Source: Spirochaetia bacterium
Lineage (GTDB): Bacteria > Spirochaetota > Leptospiria > Turneriellales > JAOUFE01
Reading direction: 5' to 3'
Length of the DNA: 44,815 nt
NCBI GenBank assembly: GCA_029858425.1
Contig: JAOUFE010000002.1
Location: 1-44,815 of the forward strand
Shown here: positions 17,168 through 25,839 of the stretch, in pieces
Position numbering within the stretch: the stretch's first letter is position 1
How the letters are laid out: every line of letters starts with the position of its first letter
The notes under the pieces: model-generated
What the model was told of the DNA's origin: nothing
Databases searched by the model: none
Seen by the model: only the letters and a program-made list of their open reading frames with translations
Program-made: the position numbers and the translations under genes

Positions 17168-18184
17168 ATGAGAATCAAAATAATTTTGTATTATCTTACT
17201 TTTGTCTTGCTGACCGGCAGCCTGTATTCAGGCATGTTAGACGATTTCAAGAACAAAAATCAGCAAATGCTGACGGACTTTAAAAAAGAAATTTCCGATA
17301 TGCAAAAAGAAATTGTCAGCCGAAATCTAAAATTTCGTGTTGAAATGAATGACTTAATGAAAAAGCAAATTGAGGAGATCACCGGATTAAATATACCAGA
17401 TAAAGCTCCCGAAAAAGAAAAGCGGCATGAAGAGGAGCCGGTCAAACCCGACAGAATAGAGCCTGTTCCAGACCAACCGGCAAAGAAGGAAAAAAAACCA
17501 CAAGAGTCGGCTTTTGAAGATAAACGAAAATTTTGCGATGTTCATGCGCCAAGTTTTGACTGGCGAACTTACGGCATTGTTACTCCTGTAAAATATCAGG
17601 GAACCTGCGGAAGTTGCTATATGTTTTCTGCCATGGCTTCCTATGAAGCCAATTTTAACCTTTTTTTTGAAAAACAAGTCAGTCTCTCCGAACAACACTT
17701 CCTTGACTGTGGGGACAGCGGATCCTGCAATGGGGGATGGTACGGTACTGTTTTTGAAAAAATGCAGGAGACCGGAGCTATTGATGCAAACGAATACCCC
17801 TATAAGGGAAAGGTATCATCCTGCAGCGTAAAATCCCGGGGTCAATATTTTTCTCTTGACACGGGTTATGTGGGAAAATACCTTCAAATCGCTTCAGTAC
17901 CCCAGATTAAAGATGCTCTTTGCAAACATGGGGTGTTATCTTCATCCGTATATGTCACGCGTATGTTTACAGCTTATGCAGGGGGAATTTTTGATGAACA
18001 TGCCAAAGTCGAAAAAACCAACCATGCCATTAATATTATTGGCTGGGACGAATCCAAAAAATCGTGGCTAATAAAAAATTCATGGGGAGAACAGTGGGGT
18101 GAAAAAGGCTACATGTGGATTGAATATGGTTCCAATAACATTGGACTTGGAACTGAATGGGTATTTCCCAAAAAAATAAAATAG
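17168..18184 (+). CDS. Secreted papain-family (C1) cysteine peptidase
   Basis: It has a signal peptide and a charged linker. The catalytic Cys is in QGTCGSCYMFSA, the His in NHAINIIGWD, and Asn/Trp in IKNSWGEQWGEKGYMWIEY. Confidence 0.85.
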   Translation: MRIKIILYYLTFVLLTGSLYSGMLDDFKNKNQQMLTDFKKEISDMQKEIVSRNLKFRVEMNDLMKKQIEEITGLNIPDKAPEKEKRHEEEPVKPDRIEPVPDQPAKKEKKPQESAFEDKRKFCDVHAPSFDWRTYGIVTPVKYQGTCGSCYMFSAMASYEANFNLFFEKQVSLSEQHFLDCGDSGSCNGGWYGTVFEKMQETGAIDANEYPYKGKVSSCSVKSRGQYFSLDTGYVGKYLQIASVPQIKDALCKHGVLSSSVYVTRMFTAYAGGIFDEHAKVEKTNHAINIIGWDESKKSWLIKNSWGEQWGEKGYMWIEYGSNNIGLGTEWVFPKKIK

Positions 18185-18192
18185 GATGTTTT

Positions 18193-18912
18193 ATGCAAAT
18201 GAAAAAATATTTTACAGCATTATGTGTTTTTATTTTTACAACAAGTTTTAATCCCGTATTTGCTGGAGGCGCCGGAGTTTATGGAATCATTTCTTTTGTA
18301 TCCGGAGATGTTACCATTACCTCCGGGCAAAAAAGTTTTCCTGCAAAAATTGGCGCAAAAATTCAAGTCGCAGATTCCATTGTAACCGGGAATGGAATTG
18401 CCCGAATTCAGATTGCGGGCACATACATTTGTCATATTGAGAAAAATACAAAAATTACCTTTCAGGAAATTCTTGAAACCAACGAAAAGGACTCCTACAA
18501 TATTAATTTATCCACAGGCCAGATATTATCAAGATTAATTCGCGAAAAAAACAAAAAAGCAAACTTGACCATAATAACACCGACTATCACCGCAGCTGTA
18601 CGCGGAACCGATTTCATGGTGAGCGAAACTGAGAAATCAGCGCCGGCGGAAGGCGAAAAAAGTATAACCACGGGGGTGTACGTAAGCCAGGGAATAGTTG
18701 AGGTTGAATCCCCAGGCAGGGAAAAAGTGAATGTAAACGCAGGAGAAGAGGTGAAGGTATTGCCCGGAGAATTAAGAAAATCCATGATGGAAGACTTTAT
18801 AAGCGCAAAAATGAAAATTCTGGATGAATTGAAAATTATGAAGGAATTTAACTGCAAATTAATTGAAGAGCAAAAAGAAAAAAATCGTAAACTACTCGAG
18901 GAGATGAAATGA
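18193..18912 (+). CDS. FecR-domain protein, secreted
   Basis: It has a signal peptide (ALCVFIFTTSFNPVFA). GDVTITSGQ...AKIGAKIQVADSIVTG...ARIQI... and TAAVRGTDFMV are typical FecR-domain strings. The ORF overlaps the peptidase gene end. Confidence 0.65.
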   Translation: MQMKKYFTALCVFIFTTSFNPVFAGGAGVYGIISFVSGDVTITSGQKSFPAKIGAKIQVADSIVTGNGIARIQIAGTYICHIEKNTKITFQEILETNEKDSYNINLSTGQILSRLIREKNKKANLTIITPTITAAVRGTDFMVSETEKSAPAEGEKSITTGVYVSQGIVEVESPGREKVNVNAGEEVKVLPGELRKSMMEDFISAKMKILDELKIMKEFNCKLIEEQKEKNRKLLEEMK

Positions 18913-20111
18913 AGATATTACTGTATAATGGCGGCCGGGAAAAACTTCTGGTTCAAAAAACGAATATATATTTTTTTGTTTTTTTGTACATTTTTTTAAT
19001 GATTTCTGGATGCGGAACATCGAAATCCAACATTAAAACCACATCGGAAGAAGGCTGGACAACCGGCGAAGGAGTTGGTTCTATTGTGGACAATGAAATT
19101 GGTAAAGCCAAAGATGATGCCTTAAACGACGCCAAAAGAGACGCCGTAAAAAAGGTGATTGGAACGTTAATAAAATCCAAAACGGAAATAGACAGCGGAG
19201 TTTTTCAGGATTCCGAACTCACCGCAAAGTCCGAGGGATTCATAGACACCTACAATATTCTCGATAGCAAAGCAATATCAAAGTATGAATACCAGGTGCG
19301 CATAAAAGCCAAGGTCAGCAAGGCCAAGATAGAAGAAGCCATTGAAGACATGATCTCGCAGCAAGCTCGCCCCATAATGATGGTGTTTGTCAGCGAAAGT
19401 ACTTTTGGAAACAAAGATGTATCAGGACAAAGCAAGGCCGGTACTGCCATTGAGTCTGAATTTACAAAAAAAGGATTTCCTCTTGTTGACCGGGCTACCT
19501 TTGAAAATATTCGAAAATCAAAAAATGACAGAATTATGGAAGCGTTAAAGGGTAACAATAGCGCTGCAAAGGAAATTGGAAGTCTCGGCGGAGCCGAAAT
19601 TGTTCTTGTGGGCGATTCCGTAATTTCATCGGCGGGGCCAGTAACCGAAGGGTCAAAACTGATTTCTGTCCAGGCCGATGTCAGCATTCGTGTTATTGAA
19701 ACAACAACTGGATCCATTTTAACTACCGGGCAGGAACATGCAGCCTATCCACACATAAATATGCAAACTGGCGCGGTTGAGGCCACAAAAAGAGCTGTGG
19801 CATTATTATCAAAAAAATTAATTCACGATATTGCCAACAAATGGAAAACCGGGAAAGCGACGATAATCGATGTATCGATTTCCGGAGCAAATTATGAACA
19901 GGTAAAAAAAATCCGCAGCGAATTGCTCGAAAAAGTCAGGGGTGTAAAAGCTGTACATAGAAAAGAAAACTCGGGAAACATTTCTATTTTACAGGTCGAA
20001 TTTGAAGGAGATTCTTTTACATTTGTTGACCGGGTGATTGATGCAAAAATGACCTATCCCCTGACGACCGGAAATGTAAAAAGGAATTCAGTAGATTTTC
20101 AAATAAAGTAA
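18909..20111 (+). CDS. Lipoprotein with an N-terminal LPP20/FlgT-like domain
   Basis: Lipobox LMISGC. GEGVGSIVDNEIGKAKDDALNDAKRDAVKKVIGTLI resembles the LPP20/FlgT-N pattern. The ATGA overlap with the FecR-domain gene stop indicates translational coupling. Confidence 0.6.
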   Translation: MKILLYNGGREKLLVQKTNIYFFVFLYIFLMISGCGTSKSNIKTTSEEGWTTGEGVGSIVDNEIGKAKDDALNDAKRDAVKKVIGTLIKSKTEIDSGVFQDSELTAKSEGFIDTYNILDSKAISKYEYQVRIKAKVSKAKIEEAIEDMISQQARPIMMVFVSESTFGNKDVSGQSKAGTAIESEFTKKGFPLVDRATFENIRKSKNDRIMEALKGNNSAAKEIGSLGGAEIVLVGDSVISSAGPVTEGSKLISVQADVSIRVIETTTGSILTTGQEHAAYPHINMQTGAVEATKRAVALLSKKLIHDIANKWKTGKATIIDVSISGANYEQVKKIRSELLEKVRGVKAVHRKENSGNISILQVEFEGDSFTFVDRVIDAKMTYPLTTGNVKRNSVDFQIK

Positions 20112-20184
20112 AAAAATGAACGGAATGTCTGCGGAGATAAAGAATCCGCGCAGAATTCAAATTTAAAATTAAAAGGAGAAAAAA

Positions 20185-20664
20185 ATGAAGAAAAGTGTAA
20201 AAATTGGTTTGAATTACCTGGTATTAATCGCAGGTATTCTCATCATAAGTCTGACAGCGTCGTGTGGAGATACTACCGATACCATGATTAAGGGTAAATC
20301 GTATAAAACCGAAGGATGGATTAATGACGATACTTTTGTTGTTACAGCGCTGGGTGCGCCTGCGCCTGATGCAAAAGGTTTGGTAAAAAGAAGAACCCAG
20401 TCAAAAGAAGCTGCTATTATTATGGCGCAAAAAATGATCGTTGAAAAAATGATTGGAGCCCAGCTAAAAGGCGCTTCTGCCGTCAAAGATGGCGAATCTG
20501 CAGGTATTGTTGTTACCAAGGAATTTGAAGGAATGGTAAAAGGCGGTTCAGTCGAAAAAATAACATACGATGAAGATGATAACTGTGAAGTTTTATATCA
20601 GGTCGAAGGACGCGGTTTGAAAAAAAGAGCTGCTCTGGAAATCGAGAAACTAAACAACAAATAA
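20185..20664 (+). CDS. LPP20-like small lipoprotein
   Basis: Lipobox LTASC. RRTQSKEAAIIMAQKMIVEKMIGAQLKG is an LPP20-like helix pattern. AAAGGAG lies 7 nt before the ATG. Confidence 0.55.
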   Translation: MKKSVKIGLNYLVLIAGILIISLTASCGDTTDTMIKGKSYKTEGWINDDTFVVTALGAPAPDAKGLVKRRTQSKEAAIIMAQKMIVEKMIGAQLKGASAVKDGESAGIVVTKEFEGMVKGGSVEKITYDEDDNCEVLYQVEGRGLKKRAALEIEKLNNK

Positions 20665-20673
20665 AAACCTTTA

Positions 20674-20735
20674 TCAGCCTGCTTGAAGAATTTTTTAAAA
20701 CAGATAAAACTCAGGCAGGCTGAATTTTATCTGTT
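20674..20735. terminator. Possible bidirectional terminator region between convergent genes (two alternative/nested hairpins)
   Basis: TCAGCCTGC (20674-20682) pairs with GCAGGCTGA (20715-20723). AACAGATAAAA (20699-20709) pairs with TTTTATCTGTT (20725-20735). The flanks are A/T-rich, but there is no clean U-tract. Confidence 0.35.
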
Positions 20736-20745
20736 CCAAAAATGA

Positions 20746-21747
20746 TCATCCAGTCCTGCTATTTAAGATATCTTGTAATTCATTAAATACTTGTTCTGGC
20801 GTGATTTCAATCATGCAGGCATGATCTTTTCTCAAACAAGGATTGCTTCCGTTGATGGAGCAGGGTCTGCAATTGAGATAATCAAGCTGAACAGTTTTAC
20901 TTCCTTTTGACAGGGGAGCATATCCAAAATATGGATGAGATGGCCCCCAAATGGACAGCACCGGTACTCCCACCAGCGCCGCTACATGCATATTGGCTGA
21001 ATCCATGGAGACAACAAGATCAAGGTGTTGAATAAATTCCAGGTCTTCTGAAAATGAATATTTACCGGCAACAACGGTGGCAATTTCCCCAAATATTGCA
21101 TTAAGATTGTCTTTTTCTTGCGGTCCGCCAAGAATATAAATTTCACCCGATAAATTTTTTTTAATCAGAGCAATCACCTGTGCCACATTTTCAGAAGGCC
21201 ATTCTTTTAAATGATGGCGGCTCGTTGGAGCAATTCCAATATTAATGATTCCGGATGGAGGAGTTATACCTGTTTTTTCGGGAGTAATTAAATAATGAGC
21301 GTTATCGGCCTTGACGGGAATACCGGCATCCTTGAATACTCTACGGTATCGTTCCACGGAATGCATCAAAGGTATTAAAACTTTATTTTTTCTTCTGGCC
21401 ATTTTCCATTTTTCAAGACGTCCCTTGTTTATTCGATATGTTTTAAGGTTCAGGAAAAAGCAAAGAATTCGGGTTCGATAAACGCCATGAAGATCAAGGA
21501 TAGCATCAAAGTGGCGCATCCTTTTTACTTTGCGTGCAAAACGCCATAATTGTATAAAACTTCCCTCTGTTGCCACATGAATCGGAATAAACTGCAATCG
21601 TTCGATACCATAAAAAAAAGGTTGAAATTCAGGGCGGCTCACAAAGGTAATATTTATTTTTTTATCAATGGCGACAGCTTCCCTTAGCGCGGGAACGCAT
21701 AACGCCACATCCCCCCTCGCCGAAAATCGTAAAACAAGAATATTCAT
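20746..21747 (-). CDS. Glycosyltransferase family 9 (heptosyltransferase-like)
   Basis: N-terminus MNILVLRFSARGDVALCVPAL and C-terminal ...VVSMDSANMHVAALVGVPVLSIWGPS... are typical GT9 (RfaF/RfaC-like) strings. Confidence 0.8.
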   Translation of the reverse strand: MNILVLRFSARGDVALCVPALREAVAIDKKINITFVSRPEFQPFFYGIERLQFIPIHVATEGSFIQLWRFARKVKRMRHFDAILDLHGVYRTRILCFFLNLKTYRINKGRLEKWKMARRKNKVLIPLMHSVERYRRVFKDAGIPVKADNAHYLITPEKTGITPPSGIINIGIAPTSRHHLKEWPSENVAQVIALIKKNLSGEIYILGGPQEKDNLNAIFGEIATVVAGKYSFSEDLEFIQHLDLVVSMDSANMHVAALVGVPVLSIWGPSHPYFGYAPLSKGSKTVQLDYLNCRPCSINGSNPCLRKDHACMIEITPEQVFNELQDILNSRTG

Positions 21748-21755
21748 CAGATTTC

Positions 21756-22385
21756 CTAAAGGGATTTCTTGTATAGAGATGGATTTAATTCCGGGTCGTT
21801 GTACATTTTTAATTGTCGATATACTTTCATATATTTATTGCCTGATGCAATATCCCACATCAATTCATCAAAACATTTGGACAAATCTGTCATTTGCTGA
21901 TTCATAATAGATAATTTCTCCGAACACGTCTGGAGGTGAACTTTACTGCCCCCTTTTCTGTTTACTTCAATCTTCATATGAAATATTTTCAAACACAATA
22001 TCGAAACCCTGTCTAATATCCATGCCGGACTTTCCGAGTTCATGCGGGCATCTTTTTGCAATTCAATTTCCGTGTGATGAAATGATTTTAAAATCCACTC
22101 GTCAATTTTTTCAACCGTATCATTTCGATTTTGATTGGAAAGATCAATTTTCCTTTTTATCAAAAGAGCCTCTCGTGGATCAATTTCAGGAGCGCGAATT
22201 ATATCTTCCAGATGCCATTGGACGGTGTCTATCCAGCATTTAGTGTAGAGAAGATTCTCTATGGTGTTTGAATTTTCATCAAACGGGTTTTGAATCAAAT
22301 CAGTAACTTCATCGCGTATATGATAATCCTCAATAGCTTTAAAAAATATTTTTTCGCAGTAATCGGCGTTTACAGGGATATTCAT
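21756..22385 (-). CDS. Hypothetical protein (possibly the DUF4254 family often found next to GT9 genes)
   Basis: 209-aa ORF, 8 nt upstream of the GT9 gene. The family guess rests only on size and context from memory, not on a motif match. Confidence 0.45.
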   Translation of the reverse strand: MNIPVNADYCEKIFFKAIEDYHIRDEVTDLIQNPFDENSNTIENLLYTKCWIDTVQWHLEDIIRAPEIDPREALLIKRKIDLSNQNRNDTVEKIDEWILKSFHHTEIELQKDARMNSESPAWILDRVSILCLKIFHMKIEVNRKGGSKVHLQTCSEKLSIMNQQMTDLSKCFDELMWDIASGNKYMKVYRQLKMYNDPELNPSLYKKSL

Positions 22386-23092
22386 TATTTTTTTGCTTTA
22401 TTGGTTTTTTTTGCCGGTTTTCTATTTAAGGATTTCTTTTTTTCTTTTCTCTCCGGGTTTTTTGTTTTTTGTGAAGAAATGCTGAAATCCCGTATCATAC
22501 ACCTCATTGTACATTTTTCGGAGAAAATTGTTTCAGAAACTGTCTTGAAACTGTTTTTTTTAAAAAATTTTATTCCTTCTTCGGTAAATGTCTGCAAAAA
22601 AACAGGTTTTTTATCTTTTGCTGCGTGGTCAAGAATATTGGAGAGTATCAATTTGCCATACCCCTTCCGACGATATTCGGGATGTACAGCAAGGTAAAAT
22701 AAATGCCAGTATTCTCTACCCGCCATGTGATCTTCCCGTAGTTTCCATGAAAAATCGATAAACTTCATCACTTTATTAAAGGTTCTCAAGCCCAGAAAGA
22801 AAGGAATGAACAAAAAACCGGACTGAATCATGGATAAAACCGAAATTTGCCTTCCGGGAGGTATGGACATTGTTACAGCTATTACCCGATTCTTGTGCAG
22901 GATAATATATTTTTCTCCAAATTTCTCGAGTATTCCGGAAATTGCATTTATCAATTTCAAGGTGTGTAGCCTTCTTTTTGCGGGGTTTGGCGAAAAAAAC
23001 ACAATTCCCGGATCATCTGCAAAAGATTGCGCAATTAACTGCACCGCCATCGTTTCATATGTTCCCGAACATTTTTCAATTATTGGCTTCAT
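22385..23092 (-). CDS. GNAT-family acetyltransferase with a lysine-rich C-terminal tail
   Basis: WHLFYLAVHPEYRRKGYGKLILSNIL...FFKKNSFK (GNAT core). The C-terminal 30 aa are KTKNPERKEKKKSLNRKPAKKTNKAKK. It overlaps the next gene's start by 1 nt. Confidence 0.7.
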   Translation of the reverse strand: MKPIIEKCSGTYETMAVQLIAQSFADDPGIVFFSPNPAKRRLHTLKLINAISGILEKFGEKYIILHKNRVIAVTMSIPPGRQISVLSMIQSGFLFIPFFLGLRTFNKVMKFIDFSWKLREDHMAGREYWHLFYLAVHPEYRRKGYGKLILSNILDHAAKDKKPVFLQTFTEEGIKFFKKNSFKTVSETIFSEKCTMRCMIRDFSISSQKTKNPERKEKKKSLNRKPAKKTNKAKK

Positions 23093-23107
23093 GTTTTCTT
23101 ATGCTAT

Positions 23108-23380
23108 TCAGGTTTTGAAAAACATCAATATTCCAATAATCACAAAACCAGCCCCCGCAAATTTCTGAAGGTATGCCGGATTTATTATATTTGCAAGAAG
23201 TTGGCCGGCAAAAACCCCAATGGCTGACGTGGTAATCAACGCAAGAGAGGCGCCTGAAAAAATCAAAAGCTTGCTTGCACCCTTTTCTGTGGCAAAAAGA
23301 AGAGTTGCCAGCTGGGTTTTATCTCCCAACTCGGCAAGAAAAACAGTTATAAAAACGGTAAATAATACTTTTATTTCCAT
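23108..23380 (-). CDS. UPF0016/GDT1 (TMEM165-like) family membrane protein, single-repeat half-size form
   Basis: 90-aa ORF with three hydrophobic helices and one ELGDKTQLAT signature (E-x-G-D-K-T). Confidence 0.8.
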   Translation of the reverse strand: MEIKVLFTVFITVFLAELGDKTQLATLLFATEKGASKLLIFSGASLALITTSAIGVFAGQLLANIINPAYLQKFAGAGFVIIGILMFFKT

Positions 23381-23521
23381 ATTACCCTCGCTGAAACTTA
23401 ACAGACAGCCAATATTATATTCACGAAAAACTTATTATTGCAACTCTCTTGTTTTGCAAATATATAAATCAGGATACACCTGCAAGCTTTTACCTGCTCT
23501 TCTATAAAATTGACAGGGGTA

Positions 23522-23655
23522 CTCGAGCATGGGCATGAACCTCCATAATCAGATCAAAATGTATTAAAATGCGTGGTTTTGGGGCGCGAAGCGCCCCAAA
23601 ACCACGTTAATTTATATCATTCTGACTGAATATTGAGGTTTATGCCCATGCTCGA
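23522..23655. repeat. Palindromic intergenic repeat, copy D (full length, best-preserved)
   Basis: Termini CTCGAGCATGGGCATGAACCTC (23522-23543) and GAGGTTTATGCCCATGCTCGA (23635-23655) are inverted repeats (20/21 by my count). The central hairpin is GCGTGGTTTTGGGGCGC-GAA-GCGCCCCAAAACCACG (23571-23606). Confidence 0.9.
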
Positions 23656-23739
23656 ATAATGAAATTGCGAAATGCAAAAAGAAAAATATAAGAGTTGACA
23701 ATACAAATTTTTGATGAATTTTCAATAAAAGGGAAAAAA

Positions 23740-24492
23740 ATGGTTTCATGTATAATTTGTCATAAACAGAATTCGAAAAAATTATTGAATAAAAATGGTT
23801 ATGGTCTGGTAAAATGCAAAAACGATGGTCATATCTATGTAGAAAATCCTCCGGTGGGCAAACAATTGACGGATATATATTCGCTTGAGTATTTTGAAGG
23901 CAGCGCTGCTGTTGGGTATCGCCATAATGTTTTTACGGCATCAGCAAAACAATTATCGAGATCCGAACGACGGGTTCAAAAACTCAAGAGATTTTTTCAG
24001 AGCGGCCGTGTTTTGGATGTTGGGTCCGGTCCTGGATTTTTTGTAAAAGCGGCATCCCGGTATTTTGAAGCAAACGGTTGCGACATATCACAGGCCGCTG
24101 CCGATTTTGCAAAAAAGAATCTTCAAGTAGATATTTGGGTAGGAGATTTTGTGGATTATCCTGATGCAAAAAATTCCCTGGAGTGCATTACCATGTTCAG
24201 TCAATTAGAGCATACTATCCATCCGGAAGAAAATTTGAAAAAAGCTGCCAAATTGCTTGTGCCGGAAGGTTTGCTCATCATTTCCCTTCCCAACATAAAT
24301 GGTTTACCAAGATACGTTCAGGGTAGATTCTGGAGAGGTTTTTCCATTCCGGAACATTTGCATTTTTTCAATCGGAAGAATCTGGAAATAGTATTAAATA
24401 ATGCGGGATTTTTACTTTTAAAGCATAAATACAGCGAAAACAATTTCTTCCGGGATACCAATTATTTTTATGCAAAAAAATTGAGTTTATAA
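23740..24492 (+). CDS. Class I SAM-dependent methyltransferase with an N-terminal Cys-rich segment
   Basis: Motif I VLDVGSGPGFF and an N-terminal CIICH...VKCKNDGH. I prefer the ATG at 23740 (the track starts at a TTG at 23695). Confidence 0.7.
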   Translation: MVSCIICHKQNSKKLLNKNGYGLVKCKNDGHIYVENPPVGKQLTDIYSLEYFEGSAAVGYRHNVFTASAKQLSRSERRVQKLKRFFQSGRVLDVGSGPGFFVKAASRYFEANGCDISQAAADFAKKNLQVDIWVGDFVDYPDAKNSLECITMFSQLEHTIHPEENLKKAAKLLVPEGLLIISLPNINGLPRYVQGRFWRGFSIPEHLHFFNRKNLEIVLNNAGFLLLKHKYSENNFFRDTNYFYAKKLSL

Positions 24493-25545
24493 TTTTAGCA
24501 TAATTTCCTGATTTTCTATATTCAGGCCTTTTTTTAGTCCGGGACTGATATTTTCTTTTGCAATTTGAATAACGTAAGGCAATATTTTTCTGGATAGCGC
24601 AATGGATGCGCTTCCTGGTACGGCTGATGGAAGATTTGCTATCGCGCTGTGAACCACTCCTTCTTCCATGTAAACCGGTTTTGAATAGGTGCAGGGACGG
24701 GTGGTTTCAAAGCAGCCTCCCTGATCGACGGCAATATCAAATGCCACGGAGCCTTTGGGTAAGAGTTGAATCATTTTGCGGCTAATGATTTGCGGCGCAC
24801 GCCGGCCATAGACATACACAGCTCCAATAAGAACGTCTACCTGCGGCAATATTTTCATAATATTTTCATAAGAACTTTCCAGAATGGAAATACGAGAATA
24901 TTTTTTTTTCAGCATCACAAGAAGCGACGGGTTAATATCAACCACCGTTAACCTTGCTCCGACTCTATATGCTGCATCTAACGCGCTTTGTCCCGCCGCT
25001 CCAGCTCCCAGGATAAGAACATGCGCCGCTTGATGAAACGGATTTTTTCCCAGTAACACCCCCTTGCCTCCATAAGCCGACATTAAAAAGCTGGAACTCA
25101 ACGAGACCGACAAGTAACCGGCAATTTGACTCATTGGGGTCAGCAGGGGAGTTTTTCCATTTTTTTGCACCGTTTCAAATGCATATGCGGTTAAACCTGT
25201 CCCGGCAAGTTCGCGGGTCAGTTGCGGATTGCCTCCGAGATGAAGAAAACAAAACAATGTATGATGTTTTGCAAGCAGCGGAATTTCAGTCGGCTGTGGC
25301 TCTTTTACTTTTACGATAATGTTTGCCTTTTTATATAAAGTAGCCGGATCGACAACAATTTTGGCTCCAACAGATTTATATTTTTCATTGCCAAAGCCTG
25401 CATACTCTCCTGCATTTGCCTCAACAATCACATCAAAACCATTGTTGATTATTTCCAGACAATCCGAAGGGATTAAGGCCACCCTTGTTTCATTTGCTTT
25501 TGTTTCACGCGGAATTCCAATAATCGCCCTCGCCATAAATGACAA
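24487..25545 (-). CDS. ald: Alanine dehydrogenase / PNT-family NAD(H)-dependent dehydrogenase
   Basis: IIGIPRETKANETRVALIP..., VKVKEP, PLLTPMSQIAG, the Rossmann motif VLILGAGAAGQSA, and DIAVDQGGCFETT follow the AlaDH pattern. Confidence 0.75.
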   Translation of the reverse strand: MSFMARAIIGIPRETKANETRVALIPSDCLEIINNGFDVIVEANAGEYAGFGNEKYKSVGAKIVVDPATLYKKANIIVKVKEPQPTEIPLLAKHHTLFCFLHLGGNPQLTRELAGTGLTAYAFETVQKNGKTPLLTPMSQIAGYLSVSLSSSFLMSAYGGKGVLLGKNPFHQAAHVLILGAGAAGQSALDAAYRVGARLTVVDINPSLLVMLKKKYSRISILESSYENIMKILPQVDVLIGAVYVYGRRAPQIISRKMIQLLPKGSVAFDIAVDQGGCFETTRPCTYSKPVYMEEGVVHSAIANLPSAVPGSASIALSRKILPYVIQIAKENISPGLKKGLNIENQEIMLKL

Positions 25546-25643
25546 AACTTATGGGGGATGTGTGCGCAAGAATTTTTCGTAAACGTGAAAAAAATAATAC
25601 GATGAACGGGACAAGGACGGGAAAGCCCGCGCGATCGTGCCTA

Positions 25644-25687
25644 TGCAGGAACTTCGATATTCAGGTCAGGATGTTGTAAAATACGCG
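25644..25687. repeat. Palindromic intergenic repeat, copy E (single arm only)
   Basis: TGCAGGAACTTCGATATTCAGGTCAGGATGTTGTAAAATACGCG aligns with the left arm of copy H (GAACTTCGGTATTCACGTCAGAATGCAGTAAAATGCGTG). No central hairpin follows. Confidence 0.55.
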
Positions 25688-25839
25688 TTTATTGAAAAAT
25701 TGTAGACGATCCCGACTGAGCATATGATATTAGTTACGAGAATTGGAACAGGAAAAAAATTTCAATGCGGTCGACATGGAAAAGAATACAATTCACACCA
25801 GAGTGGCCGAGCTATCCATCGACGAGGATGGAATTGTGC

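Noticed and set aside
23381-23521. A yybP-ykoY manganese riboswitch upstream of the UPF0016/GDT1 gene.
   Set aside because: Read on the minus strand, the leader lacks the conserved GGGGAGUAG / UUGACAUA / AGCAAGACC-type core elements that I remember. It needs cmscan to be definitive.
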